Assembly: GCA_036003885.1 (NCBI GenBank)
Contig: DASYSA010000642.1
Coordinates: forward strand, 1-40,812
Origin: Blastocatellia bacterium
GTDB taxonomy: Bacteria > Acidobacteriota > Blastocatellia > UBA7656
Length of the DNA: 40,812 bases
Direction: 5' to 3'
Shown: in pieces, positions 36,190-40,812 of the stretch
Layout of the letters: every line of letters starts with the position of its first letter
How positions within the stretch are numbered: the first letter of the stretch is position 1
Translations under genes and position numbers: made by a program
The notes under the pieces: generated by a model
What the model was told of the DNA's origin: nothing
The model's input: the letters and a program-made list of their open reading frames with translations, nothing else
The model's database searches: none

Positions 36190-38421
36190 TGACGTCACAG
36201 TAACCTTACTTGTCCCGACGTTCGCGCTTGAGTCCGCACACCTGAACGCGATGACATGCTCGCCTGATTTCTCAAACGTAACCTTTACGGTGAAGGTCTC
36301 GTGCGCCGAGTCCGCTATCCCATCCGCCGGATAGATCAGCCGCCATGCTCCTCCGTCCACGCTGTACTCGCCTCTGACGACGCGGCTTGTCGAATCGGTC
36401 ACATCAAATGTGGCCTCTACCGCTTGCCCGCTCACCGAAGGTCCGCTCACCCTTATCGACGGAGGCGTGTTGTCCACCTGGATCGCTTCGGTCTGATCCT
36501 CGTTCGTGAGCGCAACGTCGGCGGGGTTGCCGGGGGCATCGCACGCCTGCACCTTGAACACGTAGGACCCATCCGGCAGCTTGTTGCCATCAATCGTGTA
36601 ATAAGACTGCGAGAGATTCTCAGCCAGCACGTGCCAATCCTGGTCGCCGAGTGTGCGGTAGAACAACTTGTAGGTCAACGTGTCGTCATTGGGATCGCTT
36701 GCTTGCCAGGTAATTGTGCGCGCTCCTTTCTGAAAAAATCGGCGCGGCGGTACGTTCATCGTTAACCCAAACAATTGAGGGTCGAGTCCCGATGACGAAA
36801 TCGAAGGGTCAACCGCAAGCGGCAACTCCTGCAGGGCAACGCCCGGCGGGAGCACGTTGACCGAAGCGACTTCGGGAGCCTGGTTGCGAGGGAGATAGGC
36901 AATCACCACCGACTGCAACTGTGCCGGCCTTCCGGTCGAGTCGGCTCGGCCGGACTGGCTCCGCAGAGTCGCCCGCCATTGGATGAACCGAGCGCGCGGG
37001 CTGGCGATCTGGTCTCCCATCGCATTCTTGTAAGCGGCGGACCAATCGCTCCACGTTGTGTCCGGAGTCTCAGTGTTGCCGCTTCGAGTCTGAAGCTCAA
37101 CTCCTCCTTCACCCCGCCACGTCACGACGCCCCACTTACCGGCAAACTTCGTGTCGTGCACCGGCGAGCTATAGATCCCCTCAGGCACCGTCTGACTCCC
37201 CAGACGATACAACCGGCCGAGATTACTGGAAGTCGCGAACAGACTATCGCCAACGGAAATGATCGTAGACGTTTGGTCTTCCTGCGATTGAACCAGGAGC
37301 GTGTAGGATCGGTCTGCGGTGACCGAGTAGATGCGGCCCTTGTCCCCGGTTCCCACCAGTGTTCGGCCATCGGGGAGCGGCCTGAGTCCAAAGCCCACCG
37401 TCGAGTTTGAGCTCCAGGTAATCTCGCTCCCGCCGTCGGGCGAGATTCGAAAAACAGCGCTCTTCGCCCCCTCCGTCTTGCTGCGGCCTCGGGAGAGCGC
37501 GGCAGAACTGCTCATGTCGACAGTCTGAACGGTACCCGCAGGCTCTTGATCGTCGGAAGTCGAAATGGTAATCACGCCCTCGCTCGATACGCTTGTCGAA
37601 GACGATACACCCACATTGCCGGTTCTTTGCGCCGATGCCTGGGGGTTTATGCCGAGCGCGAAGATCGCTCCGTCTGATCCCACAACAAGGCTGTGAATCT
37701 CCTGCATCGGAGAGTCGAACAGAGCAAAGGTTTTTCCTTCGCGCGATACGCGGAGCACCAGGCCCGAGGGCTCGGTTCCCGCGATAAGATTTCCGCTCTT
37801 GTCGATCGCAAGCGAAACTATGTTGGTTTCGTTGGTGTCGGCCAAAACTGAGGCCTTGCCCGTCGAATCGATCTTGTAGATGATCCCCTTATCGCCGGTC
37901 GCGGCATAGAGTGTCGCGTTAGACGCATCAAACGCTAGCGACCAAATGTATTTGTCAGCCGGATCGCAGAAGACTGACTGATTTCCCTCAGGAGTTATTT
38001 TGTAGATCTTGCCTTCGGGCGAAGTCCCCGCGTACAGATTGCCCTGCGCATCCGTTGCCAGCGCGGTGACGTCCAGTTCCGGCGAATCAAAGAGCAGCTT
38101 ACCCGCCCCTTTCGTATCAACCTTGAAGATCCGCCCTTCGTGACCCGTGCCCAGATATATGTTGCCCGCGGTGTCGGCGGTGCTGGACCAGATATAGGCC
38201 TCTTTGGTGTCGTATACCAGCGTGAAGGCGGGAGCAAGAGTAATAGTCCCGTTCTCCGATATCGACACGCCGCGCGCATCTCCCTTCACAACGTCATCCT
38301 GCTTTGAAACTTCCCAGAAGACGGGACCGGCGGCATAAGCCGAAGCGCACAGAACGCAGAGTGCGAGAACGGCAACCCACATCTTTGACATCTTTGACAT
38401 AACCGAACACCTGAAGATCAT
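36184..38421 (-). CDS. Secreted beta-propeller repeat protein with C-terminal Ig/FN3-like domains
   Basis: Signal peptide (KMWVAVLALCVLCASAYAAGP). Recurrent blades of the type GN(I/L)Y(A/L)GT...GKIYKI..G. The C-terminal beta-rich region reads DGSYVFKVQACDAPGN...TFDVTDS. AAGGAAAG lies 5 nt upstream of the ATG at 38421. Confidence 0.65.
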   Translation of the reverse strand: MIFRCSVMSKMSKMWVAVLALCVLCASAYAAGPVFWEVSKQDDVVKGDARGVSISENGTITLAPAFTLVYDTKEAYIWSSTADTAGNIYLGTGHEGRIFKVDTKGAGKLLFDSPELDVTALATDAQGNLYAGTSPEGKIYKITPEGNQSVFCDPADKYIWSLAFDASNATLYAATGDKGIIYKIDSTGKASVLADTNETNIVSLAIDKSGNLIAGTEPSGLVLRVSREGKTFALFDSPMQEIHSLVVGSDGAIFALGINPQASAQRTGNVGVSSSTSVSSEGVITISTSDDQEPAGTVQTVDMSSSAALSRGRSKTEGAKSAVFRISPDGGSEITWSSNSTVGFGLRPLPDGRTLVGTGDKGRIYSVTADRSYTLLVQSQEDQTSTIISVGDSLFATSSNLGRLYRLGSQTVPEGIYSSPVHDTKFAGKWGVVTWRGEGGVELQTRSGNTETPDTTWSDWSAAYKNAMGDQIASPRARFIQWRATLRSQSGRADSTGRPAQLQSVVIAYLPRNQAPEVASVNVLPPGVALQELPLAVDPSISSSGLDPQLFGLTMNVPPRRFFQKGARTITWQASDPNDDTLTYKLFYRTLGDQDWHVLAENLSQSYYTIDGNKLPDGSYVFKVQACDAPGNPADVALTNEDQTEAIQVDNTPPSIRVSGPSVSGQAVEATFDVTDSTSRVVRGEYSVDGGAWRLIYPADGIADSAHETFTVKVTFEKSGEHVIAFRCADSSANVGTSKVTVTSR

Positions 38422-38454
38422 TGCGTCTTTCCTTTCAACGTTGGCAGCTGAGCG

Positions 38455-38490
38455 CTCAAAAAGTTGAAGCCCGCAGTCAACGCGGGCTTC
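38455..38490 (-). terminator. Intrinsic terminator after the S55-like peptidase gene
   Basis: 9-bp stem GAAGCCCGC (38466-38474) / GCGGGCTTC (38482-38490) with a 7-nt loop. On the minus strand it is followed by AAC then TTTTT (complement of A5 at 38458-38462). Confidence 0.6.
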
Positions 38491-38552
38491 TCGATCTCAT
38501 TTCAACGGATATGCGAGCAGCTGGAAGAGAGCACTTGTGAAGGGAGCTCCCG

Positions 38553-40400
38553 TTACTTGACCACATTAATCGTGATGCTTTGCTGCCCGCTGATGATGAA
38601 CTGCGAAGGCGCAAGCTCGTGTTCCATCAGGGTCGCGACGTTCAGAGGCGTGTAGCCGCCCGAGGTACGCCCCGAACCCAGCGTCGCCAACACCGACGGC
38701 GGCAGCGTCGGCATCTCTTCATTATTCACGATAGCGCCGGTGCTAGCCCTCAGCACCTTCACGTAGAGGCGATTGTTCTTCTTGAGCTTGTTGATGGCGC
38801 GCACGAGCTGGCCCAGATCCTTCGGGACGAAGTCGGCGGAAGCCTGCGCAGTGCGCTCGGCCTGGTTGATCGCGGAACCGTCTCCAACGAGAATCACTAT
38901 CGGCCCGACCGGAGCATCGGCCGGAATGACAAGCGGTATTCGCTCGACGAACTCGCTGCCGTTGTCGTTTCGGGCGAAGGCCTGGATCTCGATACTTTCG
39001 CCGGCGCGAACTTCAGTCTTGTCCACCCACAACCTGTTCAGCGAGCCGCTCGCGCGACTATCCAGTGAGCTGACGTCGAGTTCAATGCTGCTCAGATCCA
39101 CCGCATCAAACCCGCTGTTGAGCAGCGCGGCCAGCGGCCGTTCCACCGACGCTACCGCGAGGAATACCGCGCCGTTCGGCATTGAGAACGTGTTGTCGAG
39201 TATGACGTCAGGCTGGCCGTTCAGCGCGACGCGGCCGTTCAACTTGATCGTCTGGCTCCCAATCTGGCGTTCGGTTGCCGCGATGGCCGAGAAAGTCGCT
39301 ATCTTCATCAAGAGCGGGGTCAGGAACGAATCGCACACGATCTCGAACTTATATGTCTCGTTCTTGTTGCGGCTGGTATGGACCGTCAGGCGGACCGGTA
39401 CCATCCGGGGCTTGTCCCCGAGGCGTCCAAACACGCCAGTCGCGCGGTCCTGATTGATGGAACCGACAAGGTTTCCGCCCGCGGAGAGCTTGAATGAGTT
39501 GTTGAGATTCGGCACGACTGTCACAACAGATGATTCAGCCATTGGCCACGAAGTCTGGCCCGAACTCAGGAATGGGTGGCCGAACGCATAGATGCGGTCG
39601 CCGTCGCGGTAGGTCACGGTGCCTGCCGCATCGAGAGTGAAATCGCCGCGCACAAGCTGTACGCTGACCGACGAGCCGGCGGCCAGTGTGTTTTCATCAG
39701 ACGGCATCAGCGGGGTCATCCGCGATCCTCCGCCCACTCCAGCGATCGGTTGAATGCCGGCCTTCTTCAACTCGTCGGCAAACATGTCGACTACAGATTG
39801 GGGCACACCCGAGAAGGTCAGCGGCGTTGCGATTGGCGTGATGGTCTGACCAACGAAGGGTATCAGGGCAGGGTTGACCGCAGCGCCGGGACCAACCTGA
39901 GCCATCATCGAAGAGGAGACCTGACCTGAGCCGGTTGAGGCCGCGGCCATCAGCGTGTTGAAACTTACGCGCCGCCCGGATGGCGACTCGACTTCGCCTG
40001 CGCGCTCGAAGATGTCGATCATATACTTGATCGGGGTGATGCCGGCGATGGGCTCTTTTGCGAACGGAAAGGAATACGCGACCGCACCAACCAGCTTGCC
40101 GTCGATATAGACCGGACTGCCGCTCATGCCCGCAAATACAAAGGTGCGTTCGACGAGGGCGCCGCTGAGACGCGCAATAATCAGGCTCGTCTTGGGGTTG
40201 GGCACTCCTTCGAGCATACCGAGTATTTCCACCTCGAAGCGCTCGGGTCTCGATCCCTGAAAGACCGACATACCATAGCCCTTCATTCCGGAGCGAACTT
40301 CTTCGAGTGGCATGAAGGTGGGGTTTGACTTGAGGTCCGAACCGTGAGCGACAACGCTCAGGAAAGTAGCCAGACAAAATGCACTGAACAATCGTTTCAT
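38553..40400 (-). CDS. SpoIVB/S55-like serine peptidase domain protein (secreted)
   Basis: FAGMSGSPVYIDGKLVGAVAYSF closely resembles the SpoIVB catalytic-serine block GMSGSPI..NGK.IGAV. Signal peptide MKRLFSAFCLATFLSVVAHG. The start is set at the ATG at 40400 (AGAGG lies 5 nt upstream) rather than the track start at 40463. Confidence 0.6.
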   Translation of the reverse strand: MKRLFSAFCLATFLSVVAHGSDLKSNPTFMPLEEVRSGMKGYGMSVFQGSRPERFEVEILGMLEGVPNPKTSLIIARLSGALVERTFVFAGMSGSPVYIDGKLVGAVAYSFPFAKEPIAGITPIKYMIDIFERAGEVESPSGRRVSFNTLMAAASTGSGQVSSSMMAQVGPGAAVNPALIPFVGQTITPIATPLTFSGVPQSVVDMFADELKKAGIQPIAGVGGGSRMTPLMPSDENTLAAGSSVSVQLVRGDFTLDAAGTVTYRDGDRIYAFGHPFLSSGQTSWPMAESSVVTVVPNLNNSFKLSAGGNLVGSINQDRATGVFGRLGDKPRMVPVRLTVHTSRNKNETYKFEIVCDSFLTPLLMKIATFSAIAATERQIGSQTIKLNGRVALNGQPDVILDNTFSMPNGAVFLAVASVERPLAALLNSGFDAVDLSSIELDVSSLDSRASGSLNRLWVDKTEVRAGESIEIQAFARNDNGSEFVERIPLVIPADAPVGPIVILVGDGSAINQAERTAQASADFVPKDLGQLVRAINKLKKNNRLYVKVLRASTGAIVNNEEMPTLPPSVLATLGSGRTSGGYTPLNVATLMEHELAPSQFIISGQQSITINVVK

Positions 40401-40556
40401 AGGACCTCTATTCTTGCCGAGTGTGGCTTGCCCAAAAGAGCGACTGCTGGTTGTCGTCACCACGGGTTGGCGTTCTTGGGAAGCTCAGAGTGATGATAGC
40501 TGGCTGCAAATACTCCAGTCAAGAGTTGGTGCTACGAACAGACTGGTTTACGCGCG

Positions 40557-40653
40557 GGGTCAGGCCCCCCGGTCACACCGAATAAGAATCCGAATCACAG
40601 AATCGAGGGCCTGATCCCAGTCACACGAATCGCAGAATCGGGGCCATGACCCC
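40557..40653. repeat. Degenerate repeat cluster (GAATC-containing near-heptamers plus three copies of a GGGNCC-TGAYCCC-like motif)
   Basis: GGGGTCAGGCCCC (40557-40569, inverted orientation), AGGGCCTGATCCC (40606-40618) and GGGGCCATGACCCC (40640-40653). The second and third motifs are each preceded by a CACAC(C)GAAT...CAGAATCG stretch, and the first and second are each followed by a GTCACAC stretch. GAATC occurs at 40586, 40592, 40600, 40627 and 40635. The cluster lies in a divergent spacer. Confidence 0.35.
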
Positions 40654-40748
40654 GTCAATGTCCCTCGCAGAACCCCGAACTATTCTGTAGTATCCTCGAA
40701 ATCGAAAAGAGCTAAAGCCGCGTTACATTAATTGGAGGAGGCCAGCGA

Positions 40749-40812
40749 ATGGCAGACCAGTCACAGCAAGCTAAAGAACGTCCCCACTACGAACGCCTTC
40801 AGCCGCCCAGGC
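40749..40812 (+). CDS. 5' end of an unidentified CDS running off the window
   Basis: ATG at 40749 preceded by GGAGGAGG with about 8 nt of spacing. It reads MADQSQQAKERPHYERLQPPR. Too short to classify. Confidence 0.4.
   Translation, partial: MADQSQQAKERPHYERLQPPR

Noticed and set aside
38773-40377. ORFs 38580-39068 (+), 38773-39453 (+), 39576-39929 (+) and 39697-40377 (-) within the peptidase gene
   Set aside because: They are antisense or out of frame relative to the S55-like gene, which carries the GMSGSP motif and a signal peptide. Their composition is Arg/Ser-rich.

Overview
This is a moderately GC-rich bacterial chromosomal segment made up almost entirely of housekeeping genes. I recognised no mobile element, CRISPR array, tRNA, rRNA or defence-type cassette. 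The gene content (Ser/Thr kinase with TPR tail, PEGA-TPR protein, SpoIID-like and SpoIVB/S55-like proteins, stand-alone EgtB) suggests an Acidobacteriota-like soil bacterium, but that is inference only.

Genes in order:
- purD (partial; missing from the ORF track and found by hand translation)
- secreted hypothetical protein
- DedA/YqaA membrane protein
- SpoIID/LytB-domain protein
- egtB-like sulfoxide synthase
- MscS channel
- glycogen debranching enzyme
- small hypothetical protein
- PaaI thioesterase
- Ser/Thr kinase-TPR
- the minus-strand operon rimP-nusA-infB-rbfA-nrnA
- unknown protein with a Pro-rich linker
- Slt-type lytic transglycosylase
- PEGA-TPR protein
- aminotransferase
- a complete iscR-iscS-iscU-iscA-hscB-hscA-fdx-iscX operon
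- a second cysteine desulfurase plus IscU-like scaffold
- Clp_N-domain protein
- zinc-ribbon protein
- thiL
- secreted beta-propeller protein
- SpoIVB/S55-like peptidase

The main signal not explained by genes is a family of strictly intergenic tandem arrays with a 7-nt period. The unit sequence differs at each locus (CGTTGCT, GYGTGAT, GTTTCGC/AAACGCG, GTCAYTT/GACAART, GGATCTA).
- Most arrays are arranged as arm-loop-reverse-complement-arm modules with unequal arm lengths. The G/T-rich arm always comes first.
- The arrays butt against or overlap stop and start codons.
- In two cases complementary arrays bracket a whole gene.

Secondary observations:
- a terminator-like hairpin in the rimP-nusA-infB leader
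- a perfect 14-bp inverted repeat between infB and rbfA
- an internal terminator splitting the isc operon
- an HscB with an N-terminal CxxC-X8-CxxC knuckle
- a probable frameshifted small ORF
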